From Eledone cirrhosa (lineage: Eukaryota), in NCBI GenBank assembly GCA_964016885.1, contig OZ024741.1:401946001-402010000 (forward strand): 64,000 nucleotides of DNA, given 5' to 3'. Positions 38,801-50,100 of the stretch are shown one piece after another. A program made the translations under genes and the position numbers. Every line of letters starts with the position of its first letter. The first letter of the stretch is position 1. The notes beneath the pieces are model-generated. The model made no database searches and was not told the DNA's origin. It saw nothing but the letters and a program-made list of their open reading frames with translations.

Positions 38801-41800
38801 GTGTACAGGATGTTTAGCAACCTTCTGGAGGACTTGAGCTCTGTGTACAGGATGTTTAGCAACCTTCTGAAGGACTTGAGCTCTGTGTACAGGATGTTTA
38901 GCAACCTTCTGAAGGACTTGAGCTCTGTGTACAGGATGTTTAGCAACCTTCTGGAGGACTTGAGTTCTGTGTACAGGATGTTTAGTAACCTTCTGAAGGA
39001 CTTGAGTTCTGTGTACAGGATGTTAGCAACCTTCTGAAGCACTTGAGTTCTGTGTTCAGGATGTTTAGTAACCTTCTGAAGGACTTGAGTTCTGTGCACA
39101 GGATGTTTAGCAACCTTCTGAAGGACTTGAGTTCTGTGTACAGGATGTTTAGTAACCTTCTGGAGGACTTGAGTTCTGTGTACAGGATGTTTAGTAACCT
39201 TCTGAAGGACTTGAGTTCTGTGTACAGGATGTTAGCAACCTGCTGAAGCACTTGAGTTCTGTGTACAGGATGTTTAGTAACCTTCTGAAGGACTTGAGTT
39301 CTGTGTACAGGATGTTTAGTAACCTTCTGAAGGACTTGAGTTCTGTGTACAGGATTTTTAGTAACCTTCTGAAGGACTTGAGTTCTGTGTACAGGATGTT
39401 AGCAACCTTCTGAAGGACTTGAGTTCTGTGTACAGGATGTTTAGCAACCTTCTGAAGGACTTGAGTTCTGTGTACAGGATGTTTAGTAACCTTCTGGAGG
39501 ACTTGAGTTCTTTGTACAGAATGTTTAGTAACCTTCTGAAGGACTTGAGTTCTGTGTACAGGATGTTTAGTAACCTTCTGAAGGACTTGAGTTCTGTGTA
39601 CAGGATGTTTAGCAACCTTCTGAAGGACTTGAGTTCTGTGTACAGGATGTTTAGCAACCTTCTGAAGGACTTGAGTTCTGTGTACAGGATGTTTAGTAAC
39701 CTTCTGAAGGACTTGAGTTCTGTGTACAGGATGTTTAGCAACCTTCTGGAGGACTTGAGTTCTGTGTACAGGATGTTTAGCAACCTTCTGAAGGACTTGA
39801 GTTCTGTGTACAGGATGTTTAGCAACCTTCTGAAGGACTTGAGTTCTGTGTACAGGATGTTTAGTAACCTTCTGGAGGACTTGAGTTCTGTGTACAGGAT
39901 GTTTAGCAACCTTCTGGAGGACTTGAGTTCTGTGTACAGGATGTTTAGCAACCTTCTGAAGGACTTGAGTTCTGTGTACAGGATGTTTAGTAACCTTCTG
40001 GAGGACTTGAGTTCTGTGTACAGGATGTTTAGCAACCTTCTGGAGGACTTGAGTTCTGTGTACAGGATGTTTAGCAACCTTCTGAAGGACTTGAGTTCTG
40101 TGTACAGGATGTTTAGCAACCTTCTGGAGGACTTGAGTTCTGTGTACAGGATGTTTAGTAACCTTCTGAAGGACTTGAGCTCTGTGTACAGGATGTTTAG
40201 CAACCTTCTGGAGGACTTGAGCTCTGTGTACAGGATGTTTAGCAACCTTCTGGAGGACTTGAGTTCTGTGTACAGGATGTTTAGCAACCTTCTGGAGGAC
40301 TTGAGTTCTGTGTACAGGATGTTTAGTAACCTTCTGGAGGACTTGAGTTCTGTGTACAGGATGTTTAGTAACCTTCTGGAGGACTTGAGTTCTGTGTACA
40401 GGATGTTTAGTAACCTTCTGGAGGACTTGAGTTCTGTGTACAGGAAGTTTAGTAACCTTCTGGAGGACTTGAGTTCTGTGTACAGCATGTTTAGCAACCT
40501 TCTGGGGGACTTGAGTTCTGTGTACAGGATGTTTAGCAACCTTCTGGAGGACTTGAGCTCTGTGTACAGGATGTTTAGTAACCTTCTGGAGGACTTGAGC
40601 TCTGTGTACAGGATGTTTAGTAACCTTCTGGAGGACTTGAGTTCTGTGTACAGGATGTTTAGTAACCTTCTGGAGGACTTGAGATCTGTGTACAGGATGT
40701 TTAGCAACCTTCTGGAGGACTTGAGCTCTGTGTACAGGATGTTTAGCAACCTTCTGGAGGACTTGAGTTCTGTGTACAGGATGTTTAGTAACCTTCTGGA
40801 GGACTTGAGTTCTGTGTACAGGATGTTTAGCAACCTTCTGGAGGACTTGAGCTCTGTGTACAGGATGTTTAGCAACCTTCTGGAGGACTTGAGTTCTGTG
40901 TACAGGATGTTTAGCAACCTTCTGGAGGACTTGAGCTCTGTGTACAGGATGTTTAGCAACCTTCTGGAGGACTTGAGCTCTGTGTACAGGATGTTTAGCA
41001 ACCTTCTGGAGGACTTGAGTTCTGTGTACAGGATGTTTAGCAACCATCTGGAGGACTTGAGTTCTGTGTACAGGTGTTTAGCAACCTTCTGGAGGACTTG
41101 AGTTCTGTGTACTGGATGTTTAGTAACCTTCTGGAGGACTTGAGTTCTGTGTACAGGATGTTTAGTAACCTTCTGAAGGACTTGAGCTCTGTGTACAGGA
41201 TGTTTAGTAACCTTCTGAAGGACTTGAGTTCTGTGTACAGGATGTTTAGCAACCTTCTGGAGGACTTGAGTTCTGTGTACAGGATGTTTAGTAACCTTCT
41301 GGAGGACTTGAGTTCTGTGTACAGGATGTTTAGTAACCTTCTGGAGGACTTGAGTTCTGTGTACAGGATGTTTAGCAACCTTCTGAAGGACTTGAGTTCT
41401 GTGTACAGGATGTTTAGTAACCTTCTGGAGGACTTGAGTTCTGTGTACAGGATGTTTAGTAACCTTCTGAAGGACTTGAGTTCTGTGTACAGGATGTTTA
41501 GTAACCTTCTGGAGGACTTGAGTTCTGTGTACAGGATGTTTAGTAACCTTCTGAAGGACTTGGGTTCTGTGTACAGGATGTTTAGTAACCTTCTGAAGGA
41601 CTTGAGTTCTGTGTACAGGATGTTTAGTAACCTTCTGGAGGACTTGAGTTCTGTGTACAGGATGTTTAGTAACCTTCTGAAGGACTTGAGTTCTGTGTAC
41701 AGGATGTTTAGTAACCTTCTGGAGGACTTGAGTTCTGTGTACAGGATGTTTAGTAACCTTCTGGAGGACTTGTGTTCAAATGACTAGATTCTTCGTTCCA

Positions 41801-41895
41801 TATCAACTGTGAGAGTCCAACTCTGACATTCATACAAAAGGATCAAAGTCATCAAGGACTTGAATAATTTGAGATTTGTTGGAAAACTGATGAGG
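35870..41895 (-). mobile_element. RTE-like LINE ORF2 C-terminal fragment split by an in-place satellite expansion
   Basis: Minus strand right flank: ISFPTNLKLFKSLMTLILLYECQSWTLTVDMERRI*SFEHKSSRRLLNILYTE. Left flank: RLLNIPYTEHKTKNFVRQQ..GRQEPHLAT/KRRKLAWYGHISHHNSLSKTILQ...SWFENIKIWTG. Together these form the typical post-RT region (LLYG.E.W ... L.W.GH). Confidence 0.88.
36149..41777. repeat. 5.6-kb minisatellite, 42-bp unit (about 134 copies)
   Basis: Unit TTGAGTTCTGTGTACAGGATGTTTAGYAACCTTCTGRAGGAC. Bounded by TTGTGTTC direct repeats at 36149 and 41770. Confidence 0.98.
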
Positions 41896-41974
41896 TTGTT
41901 TATAGTTACCTTGGGAGGTTATAAGGCAAAAATCTACTCTGGTGATTTTTAACATCAGATTTTAAAGAAACTGT

Positions 41975-42122
41975 GATATTTGAGACGTTTGCGGGAGCTG
42001 GATAACTATAGCAACAAAGTTCATTGAGGTGTCAGGTGATGCTCCTGATGAAGGTGTTTGGTTGTTCCAGTGCTTTAGCTTGACCCTCACCTGGTCTTAC
42101 CAGGATATCAGGTGATGCACAT
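41975..42122 (+). mobile_element. CRE-tail-derived fragment with a partial second 73-bp unit
   Basis: TTTGAGACGTTTGCGGGAG ... GAGGTGTCAGGTGATGCTCC...GGTGTTTGGTTGTTCCAG...ATCAGGTGATGC; same motif as 32240-32855. Confidence 0.7.
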
Positions 42123-42737
42123 GTGGAGGAGGGGGGGGGGGATGCAGATCCCCATCATTCTGCTCTCTGAACTTTTTTGTATATATATTATGTCAGGTTG
42201 CTCTCGAGTTCTCCTGGTAACAAGTAACCCAGTACAACCTGTCTCATGGTTGGGTCATCGGTGACTAAACTGGCAACCCCACCAAGCTTGCTTGGTGAGG
42301 AGGGTGGGGGTGATATATGGACACCTTGCGGGATGAAATACAAGACCCGGCAAAGGGCGGAGGAACTCAGCAGAGTCAACAGCCATCCAAATAGTACTTT
42401 TTTTTTCACCTGGGCGTGAAAGGCCCTCAGTTGTTGTTACACACCTTTCTAAGAGAAGTAAACTGAAAAAAAACCTGCAGCTTCTGAAGCATCTGATGAT
42501 GTTGACCAGTTCTCCTTTTCAGGTAGTATTTTCGATGCTCAGAGAGTGGGATTGGTCGAGTGCAAGGCCTTTCTCTACTGAGATACTTAAAAAAACCTTC
42601 AAAGCGCAATAATTACTTGTTCAGGATCTGTTACAGGTTCATGTGGCTGGCCGTAGCCTAAAAGTGCACCATTTTCTGTAATCTGACAAGCGATTGCAAT
42701 ATTCTTAGCAGAGTTTGTAGCCATCATATATATATAT

Positions 42738-42923
42738 ACCAGGGTACTGAAAAGTTCCTGGCTTTGGGTAAAAGAAAATACAGGAGGATCAGTTAATTAT
42801 GATTTCAACATATTCCTCTCTTAGATTCACACACTTATTGTAGCAGTCCTACCTCTCCTGTAAAGGTAACAGCTCTACCTGTTCTCAATGCCATTAAGCC
42901 AGGAACGTTTCAGCACCCCAGTA
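42738..42923. mobile_element. Mariner-type MITE (about 185 bp)
   Basis: TIRs CCAGGGTACTGAAAAGTTCCTGGCTT / AAGCCAGGAACGTTTCAGCACCCCAG, flanked by TA. Confidence 0.8.
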
Positions 42924-43324
42924 TATGTAGCTTCAAATTTGGAAGAATATATAGGTTTTTTAAATCTCTACTTTCTGCATACATATATCTTAACTTATAG
43001 ATTTTTAAAAATCTTTTTTTAACAGATTCACAAGCTGCCAGTCTTCATTCGCTTACCAGATGTGGAAGAACTCATCACATCAGATCAAGGAAACAATGTT
43101 TACATTGGTCTTTCCATTGTTGACACTATCTACCAGTCACAACTCCTGGCAGAAAGAGCAACATGAAATAAAGTGTCTTGCTCAAGGACATAATGCATCA
43201 CCCAGTCCAGGAATCAAACTCACAACCTCATGATTGCGAATCCAATTCTTTAACCACAACTCATAGATGTATGTATGTTAGATGTGTTGTATATGTATAG
43301 AGATACAGGTGTATATATGTTTAA

Positions 43325-44130
43325 GTGCTTTATGAATGTAAGTCTTTATACCTAACATTCATTGATCTAGAGGAAACCTTTGACAAGATCCCTCACATTG
43401 TAATCTGGTGGACACTAAGGAAGCTAGGTGTAGATGAATGGTTCATGAGGGTCATAGAACCCATGTATAGAAGTACAACTAGTAAGATAAATGTAGGTAA
43501 TAAGAACAGTGATGAAGTTGAAGTGGAGGTGGAGGTCTACCAGGGCTCAGTCCTCAATCCACTTTTGTCTATTATTGTTCTTCAGACCATAACAGAGGAG
43601 TTTGTGACTGGCTGTCTATGGCAGCTCTTGTATGCTGATCTAGTCCTTATAGTTGAATCTATGGAAGAGTTAGAGGAAAATTCGAGACATGGAAGAAAAA
43701 TCTAGAATGAACAGATATAAAAGCAAACTTAGCGAAAACTAAAGTCTTAATAAATAAGAAAGAAGACAGGACTTTGATAACATCAAGGAAATGGCTCTAT
43801 TTGATACATCAAAAAGTGGTGGGCAGAAATTGTGTGAGATACACACAGTGTAATCTATGGATCCACAAAAGATGTAGTGAGATTACAGGCAAGATAACAG
43901 AGAAGGCAACACATATGAAAAAGATTCATATGTGCAGTGGAAGTCACTGTTGTATAAACATATTAGGTGGAGTAAGAACATTATATAAACAGTTCAGTGA
44001 GCTATTGCTTCTGTTGGTAACAAAGCGGTTCTCTACCTGAATAAAGAGGTTATAGAAGCCATGTATAGAGGTGTAACTAGCAAGTTGTATGTAGACAATA
44101 ATAACAGTAGGTGGGGGCCTACCAGTACTT
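43325..44130 (+). mobile_element. Decayed RTE LINE reverse transcriptase fragment
   Basis: LYLTFIDLEETFDKIP...WWTLRKLGV...QGSVLNPLL...LLYADL (RT motifs FxDLxxAFD, QGSxLSP, YADD) followed by the Cys-rich GRNCVRYTQCNLWIHKRCS. Confidence 0.9.
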
Positions 44131-44279
44131 AGTCTTCAAATTCGTAGAGTTCCTTCTATTGGTAACAAGGAAGTTCTCTACTTGAGTATAGAGGTAGTGG
44201 ATTGGTAGAGTTGTTAGAACGTAGGATAAAATGTTTTGGGGTATTCATTTCATCTCTCTCTATCTCTCCCCCCCCCCCC

Positions 44280-44590
44280 CCCTTCTTCTTCTTGAGAGTG
44301 TCATGGAGGCAGAATCCCTCAAGCATGCCTTCCAGCTGGCCCTGCCAGAAGCAACCATCTCCAATTGATTCAGCTGGATCCCCAGCTGAACTCATGGATG
44401 TTATCCAACCATCTTGCTTAGGGTCTACCTCAGGGTCTCCTACCGGTTGGTTTTGCCCATAAAATCTATCCAACAATTCTTTCCTGAGACATTCTAGTCA
44501 CACGTCTGTAATATCAGAGCTGTGGTCTCTCAATTTGGAGAAGTAGCAGCTCTACATGGAGCAACTCTCTAATCTACAAGCTATAAACTC
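44280..44590 (-). mobile_element. RTE LINE 3' end (same family as 34900-35292)
   Basis: Minus strand 'LLLQIERPQL.YYRRVTRMSQE...RRP.GRP.ARWLDNIHE' with an AAG tail near 44285. Confidence 0.7.
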
Positions 44591-45517
44591 TATCTATTAT
44601 TGCAACAGATAATAATTGTTTCTACTTTTGGCACAAGGCCAGCAATATCCAGTTCATTACTGGTACTTTATTTTATCGACCCCGTAAGGATGAACGGCAA
44701 AGTTAACCTCGGCGAGATTTGAACTCAAAATGGCAAGGCCCGTAACTCTATACAGCAAAGCATGGCGTCCAATCCTCTACCGATACTGCCAATCCACCGC
44801 CCATTGCAAGAGATAATAATTTTGCTTAGATTTTAACCAGAAAGTGAAAGAAAAAAAATACACCAAAGAAAATCTTGAAAAAAATCTAAATTAATTTCCT
44901 GAGTTAACTTGTCCAGGGTTGATGGGGAGAGGTCTGACATAAATGCTGTTTACCCTTAGGCTAGGAATAGATGATTCATAGGAGACACCATTATCAGGAT
45001 AAAGTCAGTGAATTAGTAGAGCCATTAGAATGTCAGATAGAATGCTTTGTGACATTTGTTTTCAGTTCTCTGCTCTCTGAGTTCAAATTCCACTGAGGTC
45101 AACTTTGCTTTCATCCTTTCAAGGTCGATGAAAACATTACCAGTCGTCTACTAGGGTTGATTCTTCCTCTTTCTGAAAGAAATGTGCTGTACCCAGGCCT
45201 GTAGAGGGATGGGCTCCACCAGGCTTAAAATGGCAAATAAACGCCGTATTTTAATATGGCGCCCCTACAACACTACCAGGAGTTACGGGACCATATGTAT
45301 GTACCAGTCTAATACTGGGGTCGATTCTTCCTCTATATCTCTTTCTCATTTCCATTCTCTCACTCTCTCTATCATTCCTTGGAAGAAATCTGCTGATTCA
45401 GACCTGAAGAGGAGATGGGCTCCACTGGATTTAAAATGCTCAAGACACATCGTGAATGAGCATGTAACTGGTTGAGTATTTCACAAACACGTGCATGCTA
45501 ATTGTAATTCCCAATCA

Positions 45518-45725
45518 GTGTGGCACAATATGTGACAGGACTGAACATTTGTGTTACAGGTACAGTGTAACATAATATGTGACATGATAGGACCTTTGTG
45601 TCATTGGTACATGTTGCACAATATGTGACAGGACTGAACCTTTATGTTACAGGTGCAGTGTAAAATAATGTGACATGACTGAACCTTTGTGTTACAGGTA
45701 CAATGTGACACAATATGTGACACAG
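45518..45725. repeat. About 45-bp tandem repeat (4-5 copies)
   Basis: CACAATATGTGACAGGACTGAACCTTTGTGTTACAGGTACAGTGT variants. Confidence 0.8.
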
Positions 45726-46049
45726 CTACACCTACAATCAGTGTAACAAAATGCGAGATGGCTGGACCATTAAATTACATGTACGATCTAACTGACAGGC
45801 TTCTACACAGTTTCTGTCTACCAATTTCACTCCCAAAGTTTGGGTCAACTTAAAGCTATCATATATATAATAAAGATACCTACAATTGATACCATATGGT
45901 GGAATCAAACTCAAGACCTCATGATTGCGAGGTGAAGTTCTTAACCACACATGTTTATTTTATCGATTTATGAAAGATGAAAGATAAGAGTAATCTTGGT
46001 GGAAGTTTAAGTGTGAACATAGAAGTCTGTCGCAAACATGGAGGTTCAT

Positions 46050-46495
46050 CAGGCCGGCATTCATTTTGGTTTTCATGGCGTTACATGACTGAGAGTACAA
46101 GACTCCCTCCTGGACAGGTCGCCAGTTCATCGCAGGGTTAAACCTCCAGCTATTGCTGGTACTCATTTTCAGTTGAATATACTGGAACAATGTGAAATGA
46201 AGTGTTTTGCTCAAGAACACAACACACAACCCAGTCAGGAATCGAACCCACAACATTATGATCATAAATCCAAAACCCTTACCACTGGGCCATGCTAGAC
46301 TCTCCCCTTGACAGGATGGCAGTCCATCACAGGGTTAAATCCCCAGCTATTGCAGGTACTCATTTTCAGCAGAGTTTATTGGAACAATGAAAAATGAAGT
46401 GTCTTGCTCAAAAGACATCACACAACCCAGTCAGAAATCGAACCTATCATTATGATTGTAAGTCCAACACCTTTACCATTAGGTTAAATGCCACC
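46050..46495 (-). mobile_element. Two tandem tRNA-head SINE copies
   Basis: Twice: GGTACTCATTTTCAG...GAAGTGTYTTGCTCAA...AATCGAACC...TTACCAY. The reverse complement gives A and B boxes. A related copy lies at about 43010-43260. Confidence 0.75.
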
Positions 46496-46606
46496 ACTAT
46501 GTGAGAACATAACTGGTCATAATAAAATACTGCACAACATTTTGTGTGATATTCCAGTAATTCTGAAAATGTTATGCTGTATGTAACATGTTCTCCATCC
46601 CTAAGC

Positions 46607-46820
46607 CAGAAGCTATCAACTACTCCTAGATTGGACTCCACTGCTATGTAGGTCACTTAGGTACTAGAAGCTATCAACTACTTCTAGATAGGAATCCACT
46701 GCTATGTAGGTCTCTCCTAGGTACTAGAAGCTATCAACTACTTCTAGATAAGACACCACTGCTATGTAGGTCACCTAGGTATTAGAAACTATCAACTACT
46801 CCTAGATAGGACTCCACAGC
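46607..46820. repeat. 58-60 bp tandem repeat (about 3.6 copies)
   Basis: AGAAGCTATCAACTACTCCTAGATAGGACTCCACTGCTATGTAGGTCACCTAGGTACT variants. Confidence 0.88.
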
Positions 46821-47109
46821 TTAACCCTTCGACCACAAACCTGAGCACTGCCACCTGTTACAGAGAGGAGCAGAGGGTAGTCAAATACTCAGTCTTCATC
46901 GAGGGCTTCTTTCTCGTGCTGGTCACTTATGAGATCTCTGGTGCCCACAGTACCTGAACAGCTGTTGACCTCTGCAACCTTGGGAGGTGAGGAATAATAC
47001 ATCCTGTTTAAAAGAGTCCTGGGAGGTGGAGTGTCTGATGCAGTGTGTAATGCTGGCTGTTCTTCTAAACTTTGTGGCTATGTCTTCACCATTTTATCCA
47101 TGGTGCACA

Positions 47110-50100
47110 GCTGAGATACACCACCTAGACTGGGGTGTACCTGAGATATACCACCTAGACTGGGGTGGTGTACCTGAGATATACGACCTAGACTGGGGTA
47201 TACCTGAGATATACCAGCTGGACTGGGGTATACCTGAGATATACCCCCTAGATTGGGGTATACCGGAGATATACCACCTAGACTGGGGTATACCTGAGAT
47301 ATACCATCTAGACTTGGGTATATCTGAGATATACCACCTAGACTGGGGTGGTATACCTGAGATACACCACATAGACTGGGGTATACCTGAGATATACCAT
47401 CTAGACTGGGGTGGTATACCTGAGATATACCACCTAGACTGTGGTGTACCTGAGATATACCACCTAGACTGGGGTATACCTGAGATATACCACCTAGACT
47501 GGGGTGGTATACCTGAGATATACCACCTAGACTGGGGTATACTTGAGATATACCAACTAGACTGGGGTATACCTGAGATATACCACCTAGACTGGGGTGG
47601 TATACTTGAGATATACCACCTAGACTGGGGTGGTGTACCTGAGATGTACCACCTGGACTGGGGTATACCTGAGATATACCACCTAGACTGGGGTAATATA
47701 CCTGAGATATACCACCTAGACTGGGGTGGTATACCTGAGATATACCACCTAGACTGGGGTGTACCTGAGATATACCACCTAGACTGGGGTGGTATACCTG
47801 AGATATACCACTTAGACTGGGGTGGTATACCTGAGATATACCACCTAGACTGGGGTAATATACCTGAGATATACCACCTAGACTGGGGTGGTATACCTGA
47901 GATATACCACCTAGACTGGGGTGTACCTGAGATATACCACCTAGACTGGGGTGGTATACCTGAGATATACCACCTAGACTGGGGTGGTGTACCTGAGATA
48001 TACCACCTAGACTGGGGTGTACCTGAGATATACCACCTAGACTGGGGTATACCTGAGATATACCACCTAAACTTGACCACCTAGACTGGGGTGGTATACC
48101 TGAGATATACCACATAGACTGGGGTGGTGTACCTGAGATGTACCACCTAGACTGGGGTGTACCTGAGATACACCACCTAGACTGGGGTATACCTGAGATA
48201 TACCACCTAGACTGGGGTGGTGTACCTGAGATGTACCACCTAGACTGGGGTGTACCTGAGATACACCACTTAGACTGGGGTGTATCTGAGATATACCACC
48301 TAGACTGGGGTAATATACCTGAGATATACCACCTAGACTGGGGTGTATCTGAGATATACCACCTAGACTGGGGTACACCTGAGATATACTACCTAGACTG
48401 GGGTGGTATACCTGAGATATACCACCTAGACTGGGGTGGTATACCTAAGATATACCATCTAGCATGGGGTGTACCTGAGATATACCACCTAGACTGGGGT
48501 GGTATACCTGAGATACACCACCTAGGCTGGGGTATACCTGAGATATACCACCTAGACTGGGGTGTACCTGAGATATACCACCTAGACTAGGGTGGTATAC
48601 CTGAGATATACCACCTAGACTGGGGTGGTATACCTGAGATATACCACCTAGACTGGGGTGGTATACCTGAGATATACCACCTAAACTTGACCACCTAGAC
48701 TGGGGTGGTATACCTGAGATATACCACCTAGACTGGGGTATACCTGAGATATACCACCTAGATTGGGGTATACCTGAGATATGCCACCTAGACTAGGGTG
48801 GTATACCTGAGATATACCACCTAGACTGGGGTATACCTGAGATATACCACCTAGATTGGGGTACACCTGAGATATACCACCTAGACTGGGGTGGTATATT
48901 TGAGATATACCACCTAGACTGGGGTGGTGTACCTGAGATGTACCACCTGGACTGGGGTATACCTGAGATATACCACCTAGACTGGGGTATACCTGAGATA
49001 TACCACCTAGACTGGGGTGTATCTGAGATATACCACCTAGACTGGGGCGGTGTACCTGAGATGTACCACCTGGACTGGGGTATACCTGAGATATACCACC
49101 TAGACTGGGGTATACCTGAGATATACCACCTAGACTGGGGTGTATCTGAGATATACCACCTAGACTGGGGTGGTATACCTGAGATATACCACCTAAACTG
49201 GGGTATACCTGAGATATACCACCTAAACTTGACCACCTAGACTGGGGTGGTATACCTGAGATATACCACCTAGACTGGGGTGGTATACCTAAGATATACC
49301 ATCTAGGATGGGGTGTACCTGAGATATACCACCTAGACTGGGGTGGTATACCTGAGATACACCACCTAGACTGGGGTATACCTGAGATATACCACCTAGA
49401 CTGGGGTGTACCTGAGATATACCACCTAGACTAGGGTGGTATACCTGAGATATACCACCTAGACTGGGGTGGTATACCTGAGATATACCACCTAAACTTG
49501 ACCACCTAGACTGGGGTGGTATACCTGAGATATACCACCTAAACTTGACCACCTAGACTGGGGTGGTATACCTGAGATATACCACCTAGACTGGGGTGTA
49601 CCTGAGATATACCACCTAGACTAGGGCGGTATACCTGAGATATACCACCTAGACGGGGGTGGTATACCTGAGATATACCACCTAAACTTGACCACCTAGA
49701 CTGGGGTGGTATACCTGAGATATACCACCTAGACTGGGGTATACCTGAGATACACCACCTAGACTGGGGTATACCTGAGATATACCACCTAGACTGGGGT
49801 GTACCTGAGATTTACCACCTAGACTAGGGTGGTATACCTGAGATATACCACCTAGACTGGGGTGGTATACCTGAGATATACCACCTAAACTTGACCACCT
49901 AGACTGGGGTGGTATACCTGAGATATGCCACCTAGACTGGGGTATACCTGAGATACACCACCTAGACTGGGGTATACCTGAGATATACCACCTAGACTGG
50001 GGTGTACCTGAGATATACCACCTAGACTAGGGGGGTATACCTGAGATATACCACCTAGACTGGGGTGGTATACCTGAGATATACCACCTAAACTTGACCA

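Noticed and set aside
36041-41787. Long ORFs (up to 618 aa) of 14-aa repeats on both strands, superficially LRR- or coiled-coil-like
   Set aside because: They arise because the 42-bp unit is a multiple of 3 and derives from a LINE reading frame. They are open in several frames at once, broken by amplified frameshift variants, and have no unique domains.
42190-42430. GC-richer segment with hairpin CACCAAGC-TT-GCTTGGTG, considered as a retroelement 5' ribozyme
   Set aside because: I could not build the HDV-like nested double pseudoknot or find hammerhead core motifs by eye. It is probably an interspersed repeat; an Infernal/RNArobo search would settle it.
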